This document shows, in pieces, positions 49,501 to 58,053 of a stretch of 64,000 bases of DNA. The notes beneath the pieces were generated by a model that made no database searches, had not been told where the DNA came from, and was given only the letters and a program-made list of their open reading frames with translations. Both the position numbers and the translations under genes were made by a program. This DNA comes from Candidatus Kapaibacterium sp. (lineage in GTDB: Bacteria; Bacteroidota; Ignavibacteria; Kapaibacteriales; UBA2268): contig OY762428.1 of NCBI GenBank assembly GCA_963665665.1, positions 1,568,001-1,632,000 on the forward strand. The letters are read 5' to 3'. Numbering within the stretch: position 1 is the stretch's first letter; each line of letters begins with the position of its first letter.

Positions 49501-52500
49501 CGATCTTTGTAACTGAAGCTGTATCGTCACGAAGTTTAAGAACGTTACCTGTAAATGTCGGAGGATCAACATTGCGAACAACCTTGAATGAAATACCATC
49601 GTCATAAGCCGGGATAACGCCTTCTCTCCAGAGAACTGTACGAGAGATCACTCTAACAACATCGCCGGTATCAACCGGAAGTGCTGTGAAACGTTCACCA
49701 GCGTAGAATGTTGCCTGGTTGTTATTATCAACTGGCATTGCAAAGTTACCGTTATCATCCCTGTTCGAGAAGAGATCGCTTACATTACCAAATGAGTAAT
49801 AAGGATTATCATAGCGTCTTCCTTCGAGAGTAGCTTCGTCTTCACTGTAAGGATCGTTAGCTAACTGACGGAGGAGATATTCGCCTGTACCAAGGTTAAT
49901 AAGGCCTTCAGCTGTACGGCGGATAAGAGAGTTAGGATTCCTGTTAGTAGAATCAGGAACAAGTTCAACTCTCGCACGGAATATTTCACGATAAGGAGCT
50001 TCATTGTGAACCTGGTTAAAGTTAACGCGAATGAAGTCACCAGTTGTTTCATTGATTACGAAGAATACTGATTCGTTAAGTGTTCTCGGGTCGAAGTTGG
50101 ACCTTTCAGCAACACCATCATAATCAACCATTGATTCAAGATACAGCGGATAACCAATCGGATGGATCATTTCGCCGTTTTTATTAGCGCGGAACTCATC
50201 CTGAAGCTGAGCAATAGCAGGGTATTTTAATGCGCCTGTGCTATCAATTTCTTCAGCTACGAAAGGATCGCGTGTATAACGTTTTACATATTTACCGTTT
50301 GAAGGCATAAGGGCATCTTCGAATCTTTTAACGATCGGAGGAATACCAACTGCAAAGTCTTCAATCGGGCTCATTCTGCGTTTTGAGTAATCAGCAGTTT
50401 TAATGTCTGTACCTTTGTCATAAATGTCGTAGATACGACCTGACTGAAGAACTGCATCAGGAATTGATCCTGCTTCAGGAGTATTTTCATTACCACTGAT
50501 GTTCTTCATAGGTATTGCTGTATAAGTATATTGGCCATTCTTTTCAAACGGACCCTGATCGCGGAGATCGCTGGATGAGTTGTATTTCAGCCAGAGATTG
50601 TTATTTCCGTCAGTGTCAACAAAGAATGTATGCTGAATAGCGCCATTATAACCAAAGCTGTTTTCAATTACGATGTCAACATTTGCTTCTGTACGGCCCC
50701 AATAGTTACCGCGAAGTGTATCTGTTCCGCCATAGCCAATACCGGTTGTTCCTGCAAGAACGCCTTTTGTATTAGGAGCATCAGGAAGCCTGATAAGGAA
50801 GCGGGCATCGTTATCATAAATTGAGTTAGCTGCTTCTGAGTAAATTGCATTCGGAAGCGGACCCTGAACTTCACCATAAATGATAGAGCCTGCAAGATCG
50901 CTGGATGCAAAGTTTGTTGTAATATCGTTTGTATTTTCATCTCTTACGATAGGACCGGTAATAGCATTTTGTTCCATACCGATTTCTGATTCTGCAATGT
51001 TTCCGGCAACAAGTGACCTGTTAAGGATAAGTTTAAGGTCAAAGTTGTCTGAGTAAATTGCAGCGCCGGAGAATGATTTATTGTCCTGCATTCTTACGCG
51101 GTTGAACCAAACTGAGTCAACACGTCCGATTCTGTTAACAGTTACACTGTCCAGAATATAAAGAGCACCACCAAGGCCTACACCATTTTCAGGAAGCATG
51201 ATTTCCTGGTGAAGGCGAACAACGTCAGTGTGGCTTTCGTCAACAGGCCTGAGGTCGTTCCATGTAGCGCCTGCGTCAGTTGTTGATTTAACAAGTCCTG
51301 CATCGCCAACTATATAACCATTGCTTGTTGTCGGGAAGAATACATCATATAAGTTATAATCTGTTTCTGCATCAAGTTCTGTCCATGTGTCGCCACCGTC
51401 TTCTGTTTTGTAAAGTGTACCGTAAGTACCTGTTACATAACCAGTGTTCTGTGAAGTGAAGAAACATGAATAAAGGTCATCATTAATACCAAGATCAATA
51501 ACTGACCATGTCTGGCCGCCGTTTTCTGTTTTTACAACAAGGCCGGCATTACCAGTGATATAACCAACGTTAGCATCAACGAATGCAATGTGGTTAAGTT
51601 TAACAATAACTGAAGGAATGAACTGTACATCCCATGTAGCGCCACCATCGTCAGTAACAAGGATAAGGCCTCTTTCGCCTACTGCATATCCCCTGTTAAC
51701 GCCTGTGAAGAATACACCAAGAAGGTCTGCATCTTCGGGGCGTGTATAAGTCCATGTAGCACCGCCATTGATTGTTTTAAGAATATAACCATCGTCACAT
51801 ACAGCATAACCTGTGTTTGTGCCGATGAAGAACAGGTCGTTTACAGCTTTCTGAATAGGAGTTGTAAGTTCTTCCCAGCTGCTTCCGCCGTTTTCTGTTT
51901 TCAGGATAACGCCCATTGCATCGGGCCTGCCTGTAACACCACCAACAGCGTATCCAACATCTGAACTTGTGAATACAACATCATTAAGTCTGTAATTTGT
52001 ACCTGAAGTCTGATATGTCCAGTTTACACCGCCGTTTGTAAGTTTGGCAATTTTTCCGCCATAACCAACAACGTAACCGGTATTGTTATCAAGCCAGGTT
52101 GTAGCATAGAAGTTGCTTGTTCCAACGAGTGTACCTTTACCAATCTGTGTTGTACCGGAACCGCTCTGAGAAGCAAGAATTTCGTCGTCAACTTCAATTA
52201 CGTTGCCGAGGAATCTTGTAAGCATTCTCTGGTCAGCAGGATAAGGAACTTCTTCGAATGTAAATACATCGTCGTTTGACATAAAGTCATAAGCTACGCC
52301 ATTCTCGTCATACATAACATGGTCAAGGTCTGACAAGAAGAAACGTTTTGTAGTTGCGAACGGGTTAACCATACATACGGCAGCACCGTTAGCATTATAA
52401 AGCATGTTTTCACGGAATTCAACGCCTTTAACAACGTTAAGGTCAGCATTGATAGTATAGATAGCAGCACCACCGCGAATTTCCGGTTTGTTAGCATCTA

Positions 52501-54670
52501 AAATACCTTCACCAACAACGTTTTCGTTAAATTCAGCTCTGATGATTTGAATCATTCTCTCGTGCGGAGGTTTGATTTCAATATCAGCAGGAATAGCAAC
52601 CATTAAAGCACCACCGGCATAACCGGCTGTATTTTCATGGAAACGAACCGGATATTTACCACCATAACCAATAAGGTTATCTGCAGCAACACCACCGGCA
52701 CCGTTTATCGACATATTTCTTTTTGTAAGTACAGCGCCACCCCAGCTAAGAGCTTCGTTTTCATCAAAGTAGATATTGAAGCCGTAATCGCGTGTCTGAA
52801 CGCCGGCATCACTACCACCAATGATCGGTGACATTTTAGGATCTGTATTACCATCAACATAGATAGCACCACCGGCGCCTGCTACGTTCTGGTAGAATTT
52901 TGTCTGGTTGTTAAGGTCTTCCCTTGTGGGGCCACCTCTTACCTGAAGACGGCCAAGAGTATTTTCTTCAAAGATAGCGCCACCCATTGAGTAGTAACCG
53001 CTATTCTGTCCTGAAGCATCGTCTTCAAGGAATTTAGTATATGTTTTGTTATGGCTGAATTCGCCGGCAACAATCATGGAAGTGTAACGGCCAAGATAAA
53101 TGGCACCACCGCGAGCACCTTTTGTGCTTGCAGCATCCTGATAGTTTTCAGCAAAGTTGCCAATGGCATGGAAAGTATCTTCATCATCAAATACTTCAAT
53201 GTTGCCATCAATTTTAATACTGTTGTTCAAACCGAATGCAACTTCGATCTGCCTGTCTTCTGCACCTTCACGGCCTGCTATATAAATAGCACCGCCATAA
53301 GCACAGTCACCATAAAGCTGAGGATAATCTGCCGGATTATCGTAATCCTGCTCAACTACCTGGAAACCACCCTGATTTGTAAATATAATGTTTACAAGCT
53401 CAACTTTATTCTGGTTAAATTTAAGATTACGGATACGGCCAAGATAAACAGCAAGCCTACCGTCGTCATAAGCCTGACGGTCGTAATCTGACATTGGTTC
53501 TTCCATACCCGGTTCATCGATCATATCGATTTTCAGTATGGGGTTATTTCTTACTATACATGAAATATTACCGTCTTTATCAGTAATATTCGGGTTTTTA
53601 TCAGCATCATAGTAGCCAACAGCCTGATCTGACATCGGGAAACCTGCGGGAGCCTGAAGAATATTCAGAGCACCACCGCGATAGCGTGCAGTATTATTTG
53701 AGAATTCACAACCAAGGAGCCAAAGCCTTGATGAGAATGTTGTAATAGCACCACCGGAACCGTTAGATGCCATCACCATCCTGCGATTAAGATCGCGAAC
53801 TTCATCCCAGGTATAACCGGGGAAATCAGCCTGTGAATAATAATCAGTACGATCTACCATAGTATCCTTGCGGAAACCTTCGAATGAACAGTTCCTGAAG
53901 AAAGCTGCCCTTGCACCAGGTAGAACAACGATATGTCCCCATTCCCTTGAAAAATCATTTGTCGGCTGGCCGATAAATGTAATTCTTTCAGGACCGAAAG
54001 GAACTGTACCGTAGTTTTCTCTTTGCCAGGGATTGATAGTCAGGTTGATATCATCATTAATATCTTTGTTCATTCTGGCTGCTTTGAACATAATAGCCTG
54101 TTCGAAGCTGATAACAGCTTCATTTTCATCAAGTGGATACATTACAGCGCCGGGATGTTCCAGATCGCGGATAGTTCTGTCGTCCAAATCAAGGATAACA
54201 TTATAAACGTAATCATATTTGTCTTCGTGAACTGTAATGTCTCTTGCAGTTTCCACACCAATAGTCGAAACAGTTCTGCTTGTTTCTGACTGGTATAGGA
54301 AATAGTCAAGGTCTGAATAGCCGGCCCAACCATAAGGGTTAGCCGATGAACCCGGAGCGGCAACTGGATCGATGTTGTCCGGATTTTGTGTGTAAGTTGC
54401 TTCGGCAAAACCGTCGGCGATTACTCTACCTCCGGCTGCAACAACGAGCTTACCTAACGGGTTGAATAAAACTTCCGTACCCGGTTCAATGATAAGCGTA
54501 CCTTTTACTGTGTATGCCCTGTCAATAACATAAGTTGAGTCTTTGACAAAGATACGGACATGCCCGGATTCAGTTTCCCCGGACACATACACCTGGTCGG
54601 CTTGCCCGGTATTATAACCGAAAATGGCAAGTATAAACGCCAGGATGCTCAAACGAAAAAATCGTTGCAT
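46538..54670 (-). CDS. About 2710-aa secreted T9SS protein: Pmp-like beta-helix with inserted BNR/YCF48-type propeller and Ig/cadherin-like stalk
   Basis: GGAGG upstream of MQRFF signal peptide; many GGA(I/L/V) and FxxN motifs; seven T.(N/D)GG..W-like blades; PDWLKINKESGLLYGKP; PNP...FDALG...SGSY..RL...LVIVK. Confidence 0.85.
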   Translation of the reverse strand: MQRFFRLSILAFILAIFGYNTGQADQVYVSGETESGHVRIFVKDSTYVIDRAYTVKGTLIIEPGTEVLFNPLGKLVVAAGGRVIADGFAEATYTQNPDNIDPVAAPGSSANPYGWAGYSDLDYFLYQSETSRTVSTIGVETARDITVHEDKYDYVYNVILDLDDRTIRDLEHPGAVMYPLDENEAVISFEQAIMFKAARMNKDINDDINLTINPWQRENYGTVPFGPERITFIGQPTNDFSREWGHIVVLPGARAAFFRNCSFEGFRKDTMVDRTDYYSQADFPGYTWDEVRDLNRRMVMASNGSGGAITTFSSRLWLLGCEFSNNTARYRGGALNILQAPAGFPMSDQAVGYYDADKNPNITDKDGNISCIVRNNPILKIDMIDEPGMEEPMSDYDRQAYDDGRLAVYLGRIRNLKFNQNKVELVNIIFTNQGGFQVVEQDYDNPADYPQLYGDCAYGGAIYIAGREGAEDRQIEVAFGLNNSIKIDGNIEVFDDEDTFHAIGNFAENYQDAASTKGARGGAIYLGRYTSMIVAGEFSHNKTYTKFLEDDASGQNSGYYSMGGAIFEENTLGRLQVRGGPTREDLNNQTKFYQNVAGAGGAIYVDGNTDPKMSPIIGGSDAGVQTRDYGFNIYFDENEALSWGGAVLTKRNMSINGAGGVAADNLIGYGGKYPVRFHENTAGYAGGALMVAIPADIEIKPPHERMIQIIRAEFNENVVGEGILDANKPEIRGGAAIYTINADLNVVKGVEFRENMLYNANGAAVCMVNPFATTKRFFLSDLDHVMYDENGVAYDFMSNDDVFTFEEVPYPADQRMLTRFLGNVIEVDDEILASQSGSGTTQIGKGTLVGTSNFYATTWLDNNTGYVVGYGGKIAKLTNGGVNWTYQTSGTNYRLNDVVFTSSDVGYAVGGVTGRPDAMGVILKTENGGSSWEELTTPIQKAVNDLFFIGTNTGYAVCDDGYILKTINGGATWTYTRPEDADLLGVFFTGVNRGYAVGERGLILVTDDGGATWDVQFIPSVIVKLNHIAFVDANVGYITGNAGLVVKTENGGQTWSVIDLGINDDLYSCFFTSQNTGYVTGTYGTLYKTEDGGDTWTELDAETDYNLYDVFFPTTSNGYIVGDAGLVKSTTDAGATWNDLRPVDESHTDVVRLHQEIMLPENGVGLGGALYILDSVTVNRIGRVDSVWFNRVRMQDNKSFSGAAIYSDNFDLKLILNRSLVAGNIAESEIGMEQNAITGPIVRDENTNDITTNFASSDLAGSIIYGEVQGPLPNAIYSEAANSIYDNDARFLIRLPDAPNTKGVLAGTTGIGYGGTDTLRGNYWGRTEANVDIVIENSFGYNGAIQHTFFVDTDGNNNLWLKYNSSSDLRDQGPFEKNGQYTYTAIPMKNISGNENTPEAGSIPDAVLQSGRIYDIYDKGTDIKTADYSKRRMSPIEDFAVGIPPIVKRFEDALMPSNGKYVKRYTRDPFVAEEIDSTGALKYPAIAQLQDEFRANKNGEMIHPIGYPLYLESMVDYDGVAERSNFDPRTLNESVFFVINETTGDFIRVNFNQVHNEAPYREIFRARVELVPDSTNRNPNSLIRRTAEGLINLGTGEYLLRQLANDPYSEDEATLEGRRYDNPYYSFGNVSDLFSNRDDNGNFAMPVDNNNQATFYAGERFTALPVDTGDVVRVISRTVLWREGVIPAYDDGISFKVVRNVDPPTFTGNVLKLRDDTASVTKIVPSEVPGKQLDTLVMTSLLNTIFLTENRYYPVEEGFYSDPDDPNIGDDAAGRDSILTITAMDTNQYYDPRSQMYPELYSFLTYEWHPTYDPTDPRHGQYNPNTALEHWILVDTVASENNTDWENSYQLPRDDADGYILFRGQPMNPFVVPGGEWINVKGMSYPPYYRTLDSLKALPDSLRPSDEYIAKFIELFRPYLSAPAYQDMEARYLQQDTIDYVGQNGYHTGDYAFRIIVVDSTPRFIGPDESEEEVTRRVDMAGTREVVGTYMPSLYPCRRSDEDGTLMANLTDKLRFKVDFNTDDELEDSWASGWDFRYGRTAYGFMNIAVRAGEDDVVIDSTIYDNDGDGRENDTTITQTRPVWMANEYLHEYGDGVTDPASDTFGAQFQTWGKLDIRIDRDEAIELLTPSKQVNNKLNTDTVFTVVVNDGHGGVNYMDMPVFINIQPEIITQSLPDAEEDIDYNPGLDDTTRAISVYDPNFGQWHEYELIYEDYPQDEIQKDPCFPEAGVWDVSNMKTTPDWLKINKESGLLYGKPMLKADNEVAPQDELVTVLVRDEDDLTYVKQIPLRVLKTNHDPDIDQAPIVKCIESAKFNADDRVYNDTLLVSDLDLLRRVDGENEVLTLTVVEPSAGVTLDPTTINGPLDLDTVKVSVTITDPSALSRDADGKVTIIIKVTDKDGAEKELPFRLKLMEEADFLCDIIIENHLGAMETLTWGTAARNASTGDADDGNPLGMLDSNYCEYDLPPLPPLDVFDARWTIPTRNGTLISVFPQAPGQEGTYVYRASFQAGGENGQTSPAYPVTLKWKKSQIPPMDNNEVNPSGGSWYLKDAQSNGNIFRVDMRDPNYNDPNIASYIELTEDGEYTVLSIKQNEIDAFLIIYDWTTPVETQVGLPTVAKVNSVSPNPYSNTGDVTVGFQIPRSGKIALDVFDALGNKVATLADSYYEAGTHNIVWKANDLDGKALSSGSYVVRLTANGTTSTMPLVIVK

Positions 54671-54752
54671 AGTACCTCCAATGAATAAATACCTGTTATT
54701 TATCAAAAAATCTATTGTTTTCTCCATAAAAAAATTCATTTCAAATCTATGA

Positions 54753-55472
54753 TTATTCAATTATCGTGCCAATACGAACCAGTCCTGTCTTAGCTTTTCC
54801 GCTAAATTCGGATAAGCCTGACTCGTCAATAATTTTTCTATAAAGTTCTTCTGCTTTTTCTTTATCGCCGGCTTTTTCGTAATTCCTTCCGGCATAATAC
54901 TGATACCTTACTTTCGAAGAAGATTCGGATGCAGTATTTGCAGCATCTTCGTAATGGCCGGCAGCTTCTTTATAATTTTTATCAGCTTCAGCACAAACGC
55001 CAAGGCCGGCATGAGCGCCAATCAGAACCAATTTTGATTCCGAATCCATAGCGTTTTCAAAATATGATCTTGCTTCTGAATATTTGCCAAGTTCCACATA
55101 AGCATTTGCAGCATAAAGGGCTGCTGTTTTTCCCGGCTCCACACCTGAATATTTATTTGCAATGGCAGTTAATCCTAATATAGACTGTCCCCTTACCTTT
55201 TTATTAGGATCGCCGTTAATAGCCAGCTCATATTGTCCCTGATTATAATAATTGAGTATCCTGGAAAGTTCTGTGGTAGCTTCCTTCTGCTCGTCTGCCT
55301 GGGCACTTCTCATGTAAAACATACCAAGAACAATAATAATTACAGCCCCAAATCCAATAACAAAATGTTTCCAATATTTCTGTACGAACTCTAACGATTG
55401 TTCAGCGGAATTTTCTCCCGACTTTTCTCCATTTTCTTGTGTCATTTTTTTATTGTTTTCCATTTTTTTCAA
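54753..55472 (-). CDS. Membrane-anchored TPR protein (YfgM-like)
   Basis: Single TM followed by TPR motifs (YAANAYVELGKY, AGLGVCAE, YAGRNYEKAGD). Confidence 0.8.
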   Translation of the reverse strand: MKKMENNKKMTQENGEKSGENSAEQSLEFVQKYWKHFVIGFGAVIIIVLGMFYMRSAQADEQKEATTELSRILNYYNQGQYELAINGDPNKKVRGQSILGLTAIANKYSGVEPGKTAALYAANAYVELGKYSEARSYFENAMDSESKLVLIGAHAGLGVCAEADKNYKEAAGHYEDAANTASESSSKVRYQYYAGRNYEKAGDKEKAEELYRKIIDESGLSEFSGKAKTGLVRIGTIIE

Positions 55473-55528
55473 AATCCTTATTTTCTATTTACTTGATACT
55501 CTTTTTAACTCGTTTATTTTCAATTTTG

Positions 55529-55602
55529 TACGCCCGAAGGGATTCGAACCCTTAGCCTTTGGAACCGGAATCCAACACTCTGTCCAGTTGAGCTACGGGC
55601 GC
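55529..55602 (-). tRNA. tRNA-Arg(CCG)
   Basis: GCGCCCGTAGCTCAACTGGACAGAG TG TTGGA TT CCG GT TCCAA ... GGTTCGAATCC ... CGGGCGTA; no encoded CCA. Confidence 0.95.
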
Positions 55603-55636
55603 TTTTAAGCCACGTCAATGCAAAATTAAAACACAA

Positions 55637-55665
55637 ATCCCGAAAATCCAATTGGAATTTCGGGA
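55637..55665 (-). terminator. Stem-loop downstream of the E1 gene
   Basis: atcccgaaaatcca/tggaattttcgggat-type inverted repeat. Confidence 0.5.
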
Positions 55666-55792
55666 TGTATGCCGTTCAAATCATTAATTTTGTGTCATAT
55701 TTGCGTTCTTTGTGTGTCTTTTTTTACAGTGTCAGGTTTATTACACACTTTGAAATTATCTGACAATTTTGCTAAATTTTTTCCACACTGTT

Positions 55793-57925
55793 CTAAAACC
55801 TGACAACTTTTTCCACACTTTGTTTAACATCTTCCACACTTAGCAATATAGCATTTTCGTAGCTTTTTGCAAAACCAACAGGAGTATTTTTCGATCCTAC
55901 ACGTTTAACAGGTGCATCAAGAGAGGTAAAACAATTCTCTGTTATCTCCGCGGAAATCTCACCGCCGAAACCGCCAATAAGTTTATCTTCATGTGCAATC
56001 AATGCCCGGCCTGTTTTCCTGACCGATTCAAATACAAGTTCCTTATCCCATGGTATCAAAGACCGCAAATCTATAACTTCGGCTGAAATCCCGGATTCTT
56101 TTTCAAGTTTTTCTGCTGCCATAAGGCTCATGTGGACTGCATTCCCATAGCTAACAATGCTTATATCCGTACCTTCCCTTCTAATTTTTCCTTTACCAAA
56201 CGGTATGATAAAGTCATCATCCGGTGTCGGGCCATAAGCCTGTTTGAAATTGTAAAGGAATTTGGGTTCCAGGTGCATAGTTACACCTTTTGACCTCATT
56301 GCATTTCTGATCAAACCGATAGCATCCTCAGCAAATGAAGGATAAACCACCCTTATTCCGGGAAATGTTGTCAGCACACCTTCAATTGTCTGAGAGTGAT
56401 ATAACCCGCCCTGAATATAACCGCCGCTTGCCAGCCTGATAAGAACATTGGGGCTGAACTGGCCTTTTGTTCTCCAGTATTCATGCGAATGTTCAACAAG
56501 TTGTTCCATTGCAGGCCAGAAATAATCTGCAAATTCTGCACCTTCTACAACAACTCTGATTTCATCGTCGTACCTGCAGAATCCGTTGGCCGTTCCAACA
56601 ATACTATCCTCGGCAATAGGGGAATTGAAAACCCTGTCGTTGCCAAATTCATGCATCATACCTTTCAGCACATTGAATACACCGCCTTTATTCTTCGAGG
56701 CAACATCCTGCCCCCACAGGTAAGTTTTCGGGTTTCGCCTGAACTCCTGCTTCAGAGCATAATTAATACCCTCAAGATAAGACAATTTTGGAGCATCAGG
56801 ATTCAGTATAGTTTCTGTATTATCTTCCTTTTTAACAATTGATTCCGGAATTATAAACTCGTGATAACTACTACCGTCTGCATCAGGCGCAGCCTCAGCT
56901 TTATCTGCCGCTTCGAAGATCTTTTCCTGATTTTCTTTTTCAAGTGCCAAAAGTTCCTTCTCTGTCATGAATCCTTCACTAAGGATTGTGTAACGCAACT
57001 GAAGCATCGGATCTCTTTGAGCAGCTTCGTCAATTTCTTCCGGTGTTCTGTATAATTCATGCGGATCAGAATTGGAATGGGAACTCATTCTGTCACAATC
57101 GGCATGAACCATAGCCGGCCCCATACCGGATTTTACATAATCCATGGCGTCAAGCATGGTATTATAGGAATTGAACGGACACCTGCCATTACAATTATAT
57201 ATCTCAAGGTTTTTAAAGCCTTTATAATTATCTGAAATTGTAGCGTTTGCCGTTTGTTCGTAAATCGGAACCGATATAGCATACTTATTATTCTGAATCA
57301 CGAAAATTACAGGGAGTTTTTCCAGAGTCGCAGTATTAAGAGCCTCCCAGAAGTACCCTTCTGAAGAAGCTGATTCACCGGCAGAATAAATTACGAATTC
57401 CTTTCCGCCAAACTTCTTGATTGCCCTGCCCAAACCTGCCGCGTGAAGTGAATGGTTCCCGGTACATGATGATACATTCTGGATTCCGATTTCCGGCTTT
57501 GCAAAGTGGTTGCTCATATGCCTTCCACCGCCTGCAACATCAGTTTCTTTACTCAGGCCGTTGAGAATTATTTCCTCTGGAGTCATTCCTCCTGCAAGAA
57601 CTGTCAGCATATCCCTGTAATATGGGAACAAATAGGATTTGTTTTCTCTAAAGATTTTTCCAATTGCAAACTGAATTCCGTCGTGCCCCCCAAATGGTGC
57701 GTGGTATGACCAGCCTTTTCCCATTTTCAGATAGAGAGCAGCTTTTTCATCCAGCCTCCGCCCCAGATGAATTGTTTTGTACCATTCAATAATTGTATTC
57801 TTGTCATAATTACGTGCATCGAATGCACAATTTAAAACCAATTCTCTTTCAACGCCAAGATAATTCATTTTTACCTTGGCGGACTCTGTGTTCAATATTT
57901 TTCCGACATTAACTTTTTTTGCCAT
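55793..57925 (-). CDS. 2-oxoacid (probably branched-chain) dehydrogenase E1, fused alpha/beta
   Basis: PYYRD, TPP motif GESASSEG...QNNKYAIS, HSNSD, GQDV, NSPIAE, GGLYHSQ, EVIDLRSL. Confidence 0.92.
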   Translation of the reverse strand: MAKKVNVGKILNTESAKVKMNYLGVERELVLNCAFDARNYDKNTIIEWYKTIHLGRRLDEKAALYLKMGKGWSYHAPFGGHDGIQFAIGKIFRENKSYLFPYYRDMLTVLAGGMTPEEIILNGLSKETDVAGGGRHMSNHFAKPEIGIQNVSSCTGNHSLHAAGLGRAIKKFGGKEFVIYSAGESASSEGYFWEALNTATLEKLPVIFVIQNNKYAISVPIYEQTANATISDNYKGFKNLEIYNCNGRCPFNSYNTMLDAMDYVKSGMGPAMVHADCDRMSSHSNSDPHELYRTPEEIDEAAQRDPMLQLRYTILSEGFMTEKELLALEKENQEKIFEAADKAEAAPDADGSSYHEFIIPESIVKKEDNTETILNPDAPKLSYLEGINYALKQEFRRNPKTYLWGQDVASKNKGGVFNVLKGMMHEFGNDRVFNSPIAEDSIVGTANGFCRYDDEIRVVVEGAEFADYFWPAMEQLVEHSHEYWRTKGQFSPNVLIRLASGGYIQGGLYHSQTIEGVLTTFPGIRVVYPSFAEDAIGLIRNAMRSKGVTMHLEPKFLYNFKQAYGPTPDDDFIIPFGKGKIRREGTDISIVSYGNAVHMSLMAAEKLEKESGISAEVIDLRSLIPWDKELVFESVRKTGRALIAHEDKLIGGFGGEISAEITENCFTSLDAPVKRVGSKNTPVGFAKSYENAILLSVEDVKQSVEKVVRF

Positions 57926-58053
57926 TTTAGCTATCCTTATTATATAGACATATTGTATTATGAAATTTCAATTTTTTTACTACTTCAACTGCCTATATAA
58001 CACTTAAGCAGCAATGTTATTGTTTTTAGATTAAACTTAATTTAATATTAGGC

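Noticed and set aside
39241-54760. Classical cellulosome or polysaccharide utilisation locus
   Set aside because: No recognisable GH catalytic motifs and no SusC/SusD pair. A lyase-like activity of the beta-helix cannot be excluded without a search.
39241-55602. tRNA-anchored genomic island or prophage
   Set aside because: No integrase or phage genes, no duplicated tRNA 3' end noticed, and the codon usage looks native.
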